Of a stretch of 64,000 bases of DNA, positions 15,013-23,346 are shown in pieces. The stretch is from Bryobacterales bacterium. Lineage in GTDB: Bacteria; Acidobacteriota; Terriglobia; Bryobacterales; Bryobacteraceae. A program made the position numbers and the translations under genes. Within the stretch, counting starts at the first letter, position 1. The number at the start of each line of letters is the position of its first letter. The notes under the pieces are model-generated. The model did no database searches and was not told where the DNA came from. It saw nothing but the letters and a program-made list of their open reading frames with translations. The stretch spans positions 406,280-470,279 of the forward strand of contig CAVRBB010000009.1 in the NCBI GenBank assembly GCA_963719195.1. Direction: 5' to 3'.

Positions 15013-15333
15013 ATGAGCCAGAAACGGATTCCGCAGATCGAGCGAAGGATTGATCGCATCAAGACGGCGCTATTGGAGATCGGGCCGATGCGCCCGGGCT
15101 CACTGACCCGTCAGTACAAGGATCCCCAACACCACGCCGGAGCCTATTGGCAGATCAGCTATACGCGTCGGATGAAGAGCCGCACCGAGTACGTCCGCCG
15201 GGAATGGGTGAAGGATCTCCGCCGCCAAATCGCGAGTCACAAGCGGTTCAAGAATCTGGTCGAACAGTTGATCGACCTGAGTATCGAGCACTCACGACTG
15301 ACCATGCAGGTTGCCGAGCCCAAGGCTACCTAA
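15013..15333 (+). CDS. IS-associated small protein, DUF6788-like
   Basis: 106 aa: ..IGPMRPGSLTRQYKDPQHHAGAYWQISYTRRMKSRTEYV.. followed by a helical tail. Strong SD (AAAGGAGG) before the ATG. It lies inside the IS boundaries. Confidence 0.6.
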   Translation: MSQKRIPQIERRIDRIKTALLEIGPMRPGSLTRQYKDPQHHAGAYWQISYTRRMKSRTEYVRREWVKDLRRQIASHKRFKNLVEQLIDLSIEHSRLTMQVAEPKAT

Positions 15334-15374
15334 CGCGTGCGAACTCGGTACTCTCAAGAAGAGGAGAAACCGGG

Positions 15375-15923
15375 ATGATTGATCGGTACCATCCTCTGCG
15401 GAAATTCTTCGCTGAACTGGTCGCGCGACGGCTCTATGGCGATGCTGGTGTCCGCGACCACTCCATCGCTGATTACATTTCCACGGTTCTGACCAACTTC
15501 GTTCACATCGACAACCTGTACAGGATTCGTAATGCGCGTGGCAAACGATTAGAAGAGGTGGGTGAGATGCTAGTCGAATCCAACCCCCTCCTGGCAGCCC
15601 GTTCGTTTGATCGCGAGCGGGAAGTCCGGAAACACGTCGGAGACTTCACCCTCTTTTTTACGGGATTATTCCCCGAATACGTGGCGTCGTTGCCGCGTCG
15701 TGGCCTTCGTGTCGATGCTTTTGTCGACTATTTGCGCGCCGGCAAGGAGTCCTATCGCATCGTCTCTGCTTTCGATCAATTCGAATATCGGAACGAGGCG
15801 CCGCTTTTCCGCCGGCTGTCCGAACAATTCGAGGCCTGCGTATATGGCCTCAACATGGTGAAGCGCGACTTGGAAGCCTTCCAGCAGGACTACTACTGCC
15901 ACTTAAAGGCGAGCATCCAGTGA
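15375..15923 (+). CDS. Conserved hypothetical protein (182 aa)
   Basis: Intact ORF. ATG at 15375 is preceded by GAGGAG, which lies inside the IS target-site duplication. Confidence 0.65.
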   Translation: MIDRYHPLRKFFAELVARRLYGDAGVRDHSIADYISTVLTNFVHIDNLYRIRNARGKRLEEVGEMLVESNPLLAARSFDREREVRKHVGDFTLFFTGLFPEYVASLPRRGLRVDAFVDYLRAGKESYRIVSAFDQFEYRNEAPLFRRLSEQFEACVYGLNMVKRDLEAFQQDYYCHLKASIQ

Positions 15924-15972
15924 AACCGGCGAGCGTTGCCGGTGACACTCCGGGAACCGGCCGGAGGTATTC

Positions 15973-17256
15973 GTGAACGCCGGCGGACCGACATCGATGC
16001 GGGCGTCGAATCGGCACACGATCATTGTGGGCGGCGGCGTGATTGGGGTCTGCTGCGCCTACTTCCTCGCCAAGCGTGGTGCGAGGGTTACCGTGCTGGA
16101 ACGCGATCAAATCGGCAAGGCGGCATCCTACGGAAACGCAGGTTGTATTGCGCCGGGACATGCGCCTATCAACAAACCGGGGCGCATTGGGCAGGCTCTC
16201 AAATCTCTCTTGGATCCACTCAGTCCCCTGTACGTTGCTCCGCGGCCGGATCCCACGCTCGCGAAATGGCTGTGGGCTTTTAGCCGGACCTGTACCGACC
16301 GGCATGTGGCACATTCCATGCGAACCCTGGCGCCACTCGGCCACGCCACGCGCCGATTGTTCGATGAGTTGATCCAGACGGAAAAGTTGGCATGCTTTTT
16401 CCGGGCTGACGGGTATTACGAAATCTACCTGACCGATCGTGGTCTGGAATCAGCGAAAAGGGAGGCCACTGTCGCATCCAGCTACGGCTTCCATCCGGAG
16501 GCCATCTCGGGACCGGCCCTACGCGAAATTGAGCCAGCGATCAGCCAGGATGTCGTCGGAGGCGTATATTACCCGAAGGCGGCCACGATCAATCCGCACC
16601 ACTTCGTCCTGGAGATGGCGAAGCGTGCTCAATGCCATGGGGCAGAATTCCGAACCGGCACAGAGGTGGCAGCGCTTCGGACCGCGGATCATCAATTTCG
16701 TGGCGTCCAGATGCAGAACGGTGAGGTAGTAGAGGCGGACACCGCTGTTCTGGCGGCCGGCGCTTATAGCAGGATGCTTGCCCAGCGGCTCGGGATTAGC
16801 TTGCCTCTCCAGGCGGCCAAGGGCTATCACCGCGACTGCGAAGCTGGAGAGGGCAAACCGCCGCTTCTGCGCCGCGCGTGCGTTCTCGGGGAGAAGATGG
16901 TATTTTGCACACCGATGGACGGCTTTGTGCGCTTCGCCGGCACGCTCGAATTCTCGGGAGTGAATCACGAGATCAGGCGACCGCGTTTGGAGCAGCTCAC
17001 GAACGCTTCACGGCGGTATCTAACGACAATGGACGGCGCGGCCGTCCGATCGGAATGGTGTGGATTGAGGCCCTGTCTGCCGGATGGCTTACCGGCCGTG
17101 GGCCCACTTTCAGCGTACAGCGGGCTGTTCATCGCCACCGGTCACGCCATGGCGGGTCTTACTCTGGGACCGGTGACAGGAAAGCTGGTGGCCGAATACG
17201 TTCTGGACGGTTCACCCAGTATCGATATTACGGCGCTTCGACCGGAGCGGTTCTAG
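15973..17256 (+). CDS. FAD-dependent oxidoreductase, D-amino-acid dehydrogenase (DadA)-like
   Basis: N-terminal dinucleotide fold IIVGGGVIGVCCAYFLAKRG..VTVLE and C-terminal GLFIATGHAMAGLTLGPVTG. The start could instead be the ATG at 15997. Confidence 0.8.
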   Translation: MNAGGPTSMRASNRHTIIVGGGVIGVCCAYFLAKRGARVTVLERDQIGKAASYGNAGCIAPGHAPINKPGRIGQALKSLLDPLSPLYVAPRPDPTLAKWLWAFSRTCTDRHVAHSMRTLAPLGHATRRLFDELIQTEKLACFFRADGYYEIYLTDRGLESAKREATVASSYGFHPEAISGPALREIEPAISQDVVGGVYYPKAATINPHHFVLEMAKRAQCHGAEFRTGTEVAALRTADHQFRGVQMQNGEVVEADTAVLAAGAYSRMLAQRLGISLPLQAAKGYHRDCEAGEGKPPLLRRACVLGEKMVFCTPMDGFVRFAGTLEFSGVNHEIRRPRLEQLTNASRRYLTTMDGAAVRSEWCGLRPCLPDGLPAVGPLSAYSGLFIATGHAMAGLTLGPVTGKLVAEYVLDGSPSIDITALRPERF

Positions 17257-17414
17257 CAGCCTGTAGTAATAGTCACTGGTTTCACGGCGGAACCTGACCT
17301 CCAAAGAGCGACACATTTAGAGGCGCTACACACGCATTGCTGCGGCCTTCCTGGAGGTTTGGGTACCCCCGATTTCCGGGCTGGCACGATGATTTCGGCC
17401 GCGACTGACTATTA

Positions 17415-17608
17415 CCACGGGCTCCTAGTACTACTGGGTCATAAAACTTGTTAAACGCGCGCTGGCCGGGCTTTCGGGTGGCTGACGGAGCGGCCAAATT
17501 CGCGTTCCTGCCAGCCGGCGCTGTGAACCGTGAAACTCAATACTGGCAGCCCTTCGGAGTGAAGCGGCCCAACTTGAGTAACACATATTTATGACCCAGT
17601 AGTACTAG
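17415..17608. repeat. MITE-like element: perfect 21-bp terminal inverted repeats enclosing a 152-bp structured core
   Basis: CTAGTACTACTGGGTCATAAA (17415-17435) is the exact reverse complement of 17588-17608. The core has further stems (CTGCCAG...CTGGCAG). Confidence 0.6.
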
Positions 17609-17851
17609 CGAAGCTCCCTTTGCGATCCGACCCAGTGCAGCCTTACGTTCCATATCATCGCTTCGTTTCTGATATGCAATCAGGTCCTTGTGGTAAATGC
17701 GCCGGTGGCTGCCGACATTGTGGTACGGCAGGACTCCGTTGTCCAGGAGCTTGATGAGATGAGGCCGGGAAATCCTGAGGAGGCCGGCAGCGCGCTGCGT
17801 CGTCAATGGCTGATTCTCGGGAATCCGGGCAATTGCTCTGCGCGACTCCAT
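17537..17851 (-). CDS. Excisionase-family helix-turn-helix DNA-binding protein; its 3' end is supplied by the inverted-repeat element
   Basis: LTTQRAAGLLRISRPHLIKLLDNGVLPYHNVGSHRRIYHKDLIAY matches the excisionase/MerR-type HTH. The last ~24 codons lie within the 17415-17608 element, starting in its right arm (17588-17608). Confidence 0.6.
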   Translation of the reverse strand: MESRRAIARIPENQPLTTQRAAGLLRISRPHLIKLLDNGVLPYHNVGSHRRIYHKDLIAYQKRSDDMERKAALGRIAKGASLVLLGHKYVLLKLGRFTPKGCQY

Positions 17852-17865
17852 GTTGCGCGCGCGAA

Positions 17866-17881
17866 CGGCATTGGGTGTGCT
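17866..17881 (+). promoter_or_regulatory. Candidate sigma-54 (-24/-12) promoter upstream of archease-rtcB
   Basis: cGGCATtgggtgTGCT has GG and GC at the consensus spacing of TGGCAC-N5-TTGCW. It is very close to the GTG start (17893), which weakens the call. Confidence 0.3.
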
Positions 17882-17892
17882 ATCTAGAGATT

Positions 17893-18303
17893 GTGTTCGA
17901 AATCCTGGAGCACGCCGCCGACGTGGGCTTCCGGGTTAAGGCTGGCAACCTGCGCGAGATATTCGAAAGCGCCGCCGAAGCGGTGGTCGCGCTCGCCATG
18001 GAGACGGAGAATATCGTTGAGCGCCAATCCTATCCGGTGGAGGCGGAGGGCGACTCCAACGAATCCTTGCTGGTGAACTGGCTGAGTGAGATCCTCTACT
18101 ACCTGGACGGCCGACAACTCGCGCTGCGGCGATTCAATGTCTCCCAGGTGGCTAAGGATCGAGTGCGCGGCGCGGCGCTCGGCGAGCCTCGAGACCCGCT
18201 CCGCCACCGGGCGCGACTCGTCGTCAAAGGCGTGACGTACCACCAGTTGAAAGTCGAGCGGACAGCCAACGGGTGGGTTTGCGAAGTTTTCGTGGACGTG
18301 TGA
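17893..18303 (+). CDS. Archease (RtcB activator)
   Basis: With a GTG start at 17893 the protein begins MFEILEHAADVGFRV..., the typical archease N-terminus. It ends ...GVTYHQLKVERTANGWVCEVFVDV. Confidence 0.85.
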   Translation: MFEILEHAADVGFRVKAGNLREIFESAAEAVVALAMETENIVERQSYPVEAEGDSNESLLVNWLSEILYYLDGRQLALRRFNVSQVAKDRVRGAALGEPRDPLRHRARLVVKGVTYHQLKVERTANGWVCEVFVDV

Positions 18304-18313
18304 GAGGCCGCAC

Positions 18314-19744
18314 ATGGAACTCGAAGCGATCGATCGATTCCGCTATCGCATTCGGCGCGACGCGGCGCTGGGCATGCGTACCGACGTGATCGTTTACGCC
18401 AGCGGCCAACTCCTGGAGCAGATTCGCAAGGACGCGTCTTTGGACCAGGCCGTACATGTGGCCATGCTGCCGGGCATCGTCGGGCCCAGCCTCGCGATGC
18501 CGGATATACACCAGGGTTATGGCTTTCCGATCGGCGGCGTCGCGGCCACGGATTGGCGCAGCGGAGTGGTTTCGCCCGGCGGCGTGGGCTTCGACATCAA
18601 CTGCGGCGTGCGGCTCATACGAACGTCCCTGAGCGAGGAGGAGGTGCGGCCCCGGCTGGCGCTCCTGCTGGACCAGGTCTTCCGCGACATTCCCTGCGGT
18701 ATGGGTGGCAAAGGCCCAATCCAACTCAAGCCGCGCGAACTGGACCAGGTGCTCGTTAAAGGGGCGCAATGGGTGGTGGAGCAGGGGTTCGGGCACGCAG
18801 CCGATATCGAATTCACGGAAGAACGCGGCGCGCTGGCCGAAGCCGATCTACGGCAGGTCTCCGAGCGCGCCAAAGAGCGCGGCAGCCGGCAACTGGGCAC
18901 CATCGGCAGCGGCAATCATTTTCTCGAAATCCAGCAGGTGGAGCAGATTCACGATGGGGAGGCGGCGCGCGCCATGGGTCTGGAACCCCGGCAAGTCGTC
19001 GTGCTCGTGCACTGCGGTTCCCGGGGCCTGGGTCACCAGGTCTGCACGGACTTCCTGGCGAAAATGGGGGCCGCCATGAAGAAGTACAACATCACGCTTC
19101 CGGACCGGCAACTGGCGTGCGTGCCAGTTTCGTCCGACGAAGGCCAGTCGTATTTGGCTGCGATGCGCGGCGCCGCCAATTTCGCCTGGGCCAACCGGCA
19201 AGCCATCCTGCATTTTCTGCGCGGAGCCATCCAGCGCATTTTCGGGTCGGGCACGAGAGTGGATGTAGTTTACGACGTTTGCCACAACATTGCGAAGCGC
19301 GAGCGGCATCACTGGAACGGCGAGAAGGTAGACGTGCTGGTGCATCGGAAGGGCGCCACTCGCGCGTTCGCGCCGGGTCGCCGGGAACTCCCCGACGCCT
19401 ATCGCCATATCGGCCAGCCGGTGCTCATTCCAGGCAGCATGGGGACGGCGTCCTGGGTGCTGGTGGGGGCGGAAGGCGCGATGCGTGAGACGTTCGGCAG
19501 CGTCTGCCACGGCGCCGGCCGGCGGATGAGCCGTACCGCCGCGAAGAAGGGGCGGAACGCGCGCGAGGTGCAGAAAAAGCTGGAAGAGCAAGGTATCCTG
19601 GTGCGCAGCGAGACGCGCGATGGCATTCTGGAGGAGGTACCGGAAGCCTACAAAGACGTCGATGCCGTTATTGACGTGGTACACAGCGCCGGTCTGGCGC
19701 GGAAAGTCGCCCGGCTGCGACCGCTTGCGGTGATTAAGGGGTAG
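18314..19744 (+). CDS. rtcB: RNA-splicing ligase RtcB
   Basis: PDIHQGYGFPIGGV, GSGNHFLEIQ, HCGSRGLGHQ, HRKGATRAF, PGSMGTASWVLVG and CHGAGRRMSR are all canonical RtcB motifs. Confidence 0.95.
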   Translation: MELEAIDRFRYRIRRDAALGMRTDVIVYASGQLLEQIRKDASLDQAVHVAMLPGIVGPSLAMPDIHQGYGFPIGGVAATDWRSGVVSPGGVGFDINCGVRLIRTSLSEEEVRPRLALLLDQVFRDIPCGMGGKGPIQLKPRELDQVLVKGAQWVVEQGFGHAADIEFTEERGALAEADLRQVSERAKERGSRQLGTIGSGNHFLEIQQVEQIHDGEAARAMGLEPRQVVVLVHCGSRGLGHQVCTDFLAKMGAAMKKYNITLPDRQLACVPVSSDEGQSYLAAMRGAANFAWANRQAILHFLRGAIQRIFGSGTRVDVVYDVCHNIAKRERHHWNGEKVDVLVHRKGATRAFAPGRRELPDAYRHIGQPVLIPGSMGTASWVLVGAEGAMRETFGSVCHGAGRRMSRTAAKKGRNAREVQKKLEEQGILVRSETRDGILEEVPEAYKDVDAVIDVVHSAGLARKVARLRPLAVIKG

Positions 19745-20297
19745 TGTCCGGGCGCCGAGGTGGTGTGATTTTATCCCCCCGCCGCGTGAAACTCGCAGAT
19801 CGCGAGCGACCGGGCCGCCCGCCGCCGCCCCGTTCTTCGGTAACACCGTCGCGGGGAAGTATGTGCGGCCAGACTCCGCTTCCACCAATCCCCAGGTTTC
19901 CGCCTTTCAGCCGGAGTGCTGAATCGGTACACTCACGTGATAGTCCTGGCCACGTACAATCGCGGAAGACTGGACGCTCCTACGCGGCGCAATGCGATCC
20001 AACCCATCTCTTATTGAAGAAGCCGGAGAAGGTCTCGATGTTCCCCCGCTTGTCCGCCCGCACCGACTCGAACTACCGTTGCGGCCCACATGCTGTTCAC
20101 TACCGTATCGTCCCTCGGCTCCAGCGGCCGTCGGACCGGTTCAATCGGCTCCTTCCGCGAAGCAATCGCACCACTCGGGGGCCCATTCGACTGTCTCCGC
20201 GGGTGGCGGTACGTGAGGCAGCAATGGCTCAACGGCCAGATGGGGTGGGGTGGGGGTGACTCCTGATCTCTCGTTCATCGGATATCTCCATCGTTGC

Positions 20298-21200
20298 TCA
20301 CGCGGACTTTGCCAGAAACCGCCTCGGCTCCAGTTGCGTGATAGGTTGAAAGAAACCGCCTTCGAAGGCGTGCCAGCATCGGTCGAATACGCGACTGACG
20401 TATCGGGAAGCCCCTTCCAGAGGGCTGCAATTGACGATGCGCGTGGCGCCACCCTGGCGCAGACGGTGCAGGGCATCGGCGAACCGAACCGGACGAGCGA
20501 CGCTGCGAGCGATGTACTCGGTCAGGTTCATTTCGCTGTCGAGAAAGCCGTTGCTTACGGCAGAGTAGACGGGCACCTGAAGCGGTTGCGCCTTGAGTCC
20601 CTGGAGCTCGCGCGATAACGAACACGCGACCTCTTCCATGAGCGGCGGGCAATGAACCGGGTGCTTCGAAGAGAGCCGGGCCACGGAGATTCCGCGGGAG
20701 ACCGCAGCATTCAGCATTCTTTGCACGCTTCCGTGTCCGCCAGAAATCACCGTTTCGGTTGGCGAATTCTCGACGGCGATCGCGATATCGGAAGCTCCCA
20801 GGTCGGCGATCATGGCGCGGACGGTACGCGCCGGGGCCCTGACGGTCGCCATACAGCCGGCGCCGGGGGGCAGACTTCGCAATGCCCGTTCACGAGCAGC
20901 GACAATTTCGGCGCCTTCCTGGACGGTGAACGCACCACCGCAGACCAGAGCCGGAATTTCGCCAAAGCTCTGTCCAAGCAGCGCGCGAAACGGCCAACCG
21001 GCGCGGGTGACGCGCCGGAATGCCGCAACGGATGCGCTGTACACCAGCAGGGCCGTTTCTTCTTCCGCGCCCAATGCGAGCTGTCGACCGGTTCGGCCGA
21101 TTTCGTCCAAGACTTCGAGTAGCTCGGGAGGCGGTCCCAGTATTTCGGGCCGCAGCTTTCCTTGTCCCGAGAAGAGTATGACCAGGTCCGGTTTAGTCAT
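20298..21200 (-). CDS. Free-standing acyltransferase-fold protein (FabD/PfaB-like) with a variant GQSFG nucleophile elbow
   Basis: LFSGQGK (vs FPGQGSQ), GQSFGE (vs GHSLGE), ENSPTETVISGG, HPVHCPPLM (vs AFHSPLM). The start overlaps the preceding gene by 8 nt. Confidence 0.75.
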   Translation of the reverse strand: MTKPDLVILFSGQGKLRPEILGPPPELLEVLDEIGRTGRQLALGAEEETALLVYSASVAAFRRVTRAGWPFRALLGQSFGEIPALVCGGAFTVQEGAEIVAARERALRSLPPGAGCMATVRAPARTVRAMIADLGASDIAIAVENSPTETVISGGHGSVQRMLNAAVSRGISVARLSSKHPVHCPPLMEEVACSLSRELQGLKAQPLQVPVYSAVSNGFLDSEMNLTEYIARSVARPVRFADALHRLRQGGATRIVNCSPLEGASRYVSRVFDRCWHAFEGGFFQPITQLEPRRFLAKSA

Positions 21201-21633
21201 TGGTATTGCTCCTTGTTTCCAGGTTCGTTACAGGGCCACCTGGAGCTTTCTGCGGTCGCATCTTCAGCAAGTAGTAAGCGAATCCGCTCGCCAGCAGAAC
21301 ATGAATTACCGTATTGGGTGCAAAAGAACCAAGCGTTTTGTAGGTACCATTCGCGTACGCGAGCGGATCAATGGGCAGTATGCCCAGTTGGAGAATCAGG
21401 TTAGCGATCAGGATCGCGCGCAGCGTAGGCGAGTCTTCGTGATCCCTGACGAGGTAGGCCAATACGCCCGTCGCAATGAGCAGAATCCCGACCGTGCGGG
21501 CCATGACATTCGCTACGTCGCACGGCGCCGCCATTTTGACGCGTCCGATGAGCACGCCGGGCGCGCAGAACGCAAACAGTCCGACGGCCAGGGCGATAGC
21601 GGATGCGATCGTTAGAAATGTGCTTCGTTTCAT
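21193..21633 (-). CDS. Small integral membrane protein (about 4 TM, possibly DUF4345-like)
   Basis: 146 aa with four hydrophobic segments. Translationally coupled to the AT-like gene. Confidence 0.6.
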   Translation of the reverse strand: MKRSTFLTIASAIALAVGLFAFCAPGVLIGRVKMAAPCDVANVMARTVGILLIATGVLAYLVRDHEDSPTLRAILIANLILQLGILPIDPLAYANGTYKTLGSFAPNTVIHVLLASGFAYYLLKMRPQKAPGGPVTNLETRSNTND

Positions 21634-21758
21634 TTTGACTCCATGTTCGATTATAAAAATGCGCCTTAACCGGGCCCGTATGGCCGCGGCTCCGAAACGC
21701 TAGTGGTTACCGAGCCGCGACCGTACAGCGAGCGGTAGGGCGACACTCGCGACACACT

Positions 21759-23273
21759 CTACTGTCCGAGCGGCGCGCCGTACCAGGTGGTCGTAATCTT
21801 CGGCCAGTTGCGTACGCTGGCTTCGGACTCCGGCGGCAGTTGTATCTCTGCCATCTGCTGTGGTGTGAACGGCTGACTCTGCGTCTGGTGACACACCTGG
21901 CACACCGTAGTGTTCATGCCCCACTTGCGCCTCTTCATCAGATAATTCATCGGGTCGTCCGTGGGGTCGCCGTTCTGGTAGAGCGCGGTAATGGCATTCA
22001 GATTGGTCTCCCGGTGCTCGTATGCTGCCCGGCCGAGATCCCAATAACCAAAGGTAACGGCCTCGTCCGGCCGAGTCCGCAGCGCCAGCAGTTGCGCCGC
22101 CGCATCGGGCTGCCCGGCCTTCAACAGAAAGTCGGCAAATCCCAAAACGTAGGAAAGGAAGTTATAGGGGAACCTCGGGTAATCCGAGCACGTGCGGACG
22201 CCCGATTCCTGGCAGTGCACGATCCCATCCTGAAAGGCTGCCAAGCCCTCCATGAAATTCTGGGGTTCCTCGAAGAACGGCAAGCCGAGGGTGAAGGCGT
22301 GGAACGCGCGGTGTACCAGGCGCCACTCTCTGTGCTCGTTGTCAATCAATGCGACCGCCGGCTGATCACCATGCAATTTAGCCAGCCATCTTCTCTGAAG
22401 CAGCGAAAACCCACCGAGAATGGTAGCCATGCGGAACCGTGTATTGTGTGCCGGGTCCTTATCCCAGGCGGTCTCCAGTTCCTGAGCCAATTTCATCGTG
22501 TGAATGGAGAAGTAACTCCCCACGGCGAAGTTGTAGAGCACCGTCGGGTCGTCGTAGTCGGCCTCGCTGCCGACCCACAGGTTGAGCGCAGTATTGGCAA
22601 ACGCGGTATACACGTTGTTCGGGTCCCTCACGAACTCTTCGAGCAGTTGGTCCCCCGCGGCGTAGCGGTTCTCTTCCTTGAAATGAAAAGTCTCCCGGAA
22701 GAAGAGGTGCGCGCTGCGGTCTTCATCGAGGGTGATCGTGCCGGGCTTTTCGAATACGGCGTCCAAATCCCGCTGATTTTTCGCGATGTACTCGTCGATC
22801 CACGGCTCATTGGCGCCCAGGGCCTTGGCCCGTTGCAGGAAGTACTGGGAGATGATCCGATGGCGCAGGGCGCGGCCTTCTTTCCCGGCCTGCTGCTCGT
22901 TCGCGGCCGCCGCGACCAGGTGATGAATGGCCAGCAACCTGGCTAGGTGCACGTCGCCGGGCTTGTTCAAATAGGCTTTCAGCAGCGCCTTTTCGAGCCT
23001 GCCGATATTCGGCTGCGTCGCATGCGGCAGCAGGGTCTCGTAGGCGGAAAGCGGGTTCGCCGGCGGCGCCGCTGGGGGGGCGGTGCGGTGTTCTGCCGGG
23101 GATCGTCCCCGGAGCCCGGGATGCGACTGCAGGATGGTCATGATTTCGCCCAGCGCTTCCGGTCCCGGTTTGGCGCCAGGCGTGCGGCCCGCATCCGCTG
23201 CGACGGAACCGTTGTAAGTAGCGCTGGCGAGCAACAAAAGTGAAATCGTCGGTATTCTCATACTGTTCCTCAT
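21759..23273 (-). CDS. Secreted all-helical hypothetical protein with a single C-terminal CxxCH motif
   Basis: Signal peptide MRNSMRIPTISLLLLASA. CQVCH is encoded at 21888-21902. No family recognised. Confidence 0.65.
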   Translation of the reverse strand: MRNSMRIPTISLLLLASATYNGSVAADAGRTPGAKPGPEALGEIMTILQSHPGLRGRSPAEHRTAPPAAPPANPLSAYETLLPHATQPNIGRLEKALLKAYLNKPGDVHLARLLAIHHLVAAAANEQQAGKEGRALRHRIISQYFLQRAKALGANEPWIDEYIAKNQRDLDAVFEKPGTITLDEDRSAHLFFRETFHFKEENRYAAGDQLLEEFVRDPNNVYTAFANTALNLWVGSEADYDDPTVLYNFAVGSYFSIHTMKLAQELETAWDKDPAHNTRFRMATILGGFSLLQRRWLAKLHGDQPAVALIDNEHREWRLVHRAFHAFTLGLPFFEEPQNFMEGLAAFQDGIVHCQESGVRTCSDYPRFPYNFLSYVLGFADFLLKAGQPDAAAQLLALRTRPDEAVTFGYWDLGRAAYEHRETNLNAITALYQNGDPTDDPMNYLMKRRKWGMNTTVCQVCHQTQSQPFTPQQMAEIQLPPESEASVRNWPKITTTWYGAPLGQ

Positions 23274-23346
23274 TCGGAAGTGAATTGTTGATAGCTTTCA
23301 GCGCGGCGGCGTTCCGAACGGCCGCCGCATGCCCAGAGCTTCGTTG

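Larger units (their letters stand above)
13465..15358 (-). mobile_element. Insertion sequence (about 1.9 kb) with a DDE transposase, a divergent DUF6788-like ORF, imperfect terminal inverted repeats and a 7-8 bp target-site duplication
   Basis: The left end CTTGAGAGTACCG (13465-13477) is the reverse complement of the right end CGGTACTCTCAAG (15346-15358). The direct repeat GAAGAGGA flanks it at 13457-13464 and 15358-15365. Confidence 0.8.
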
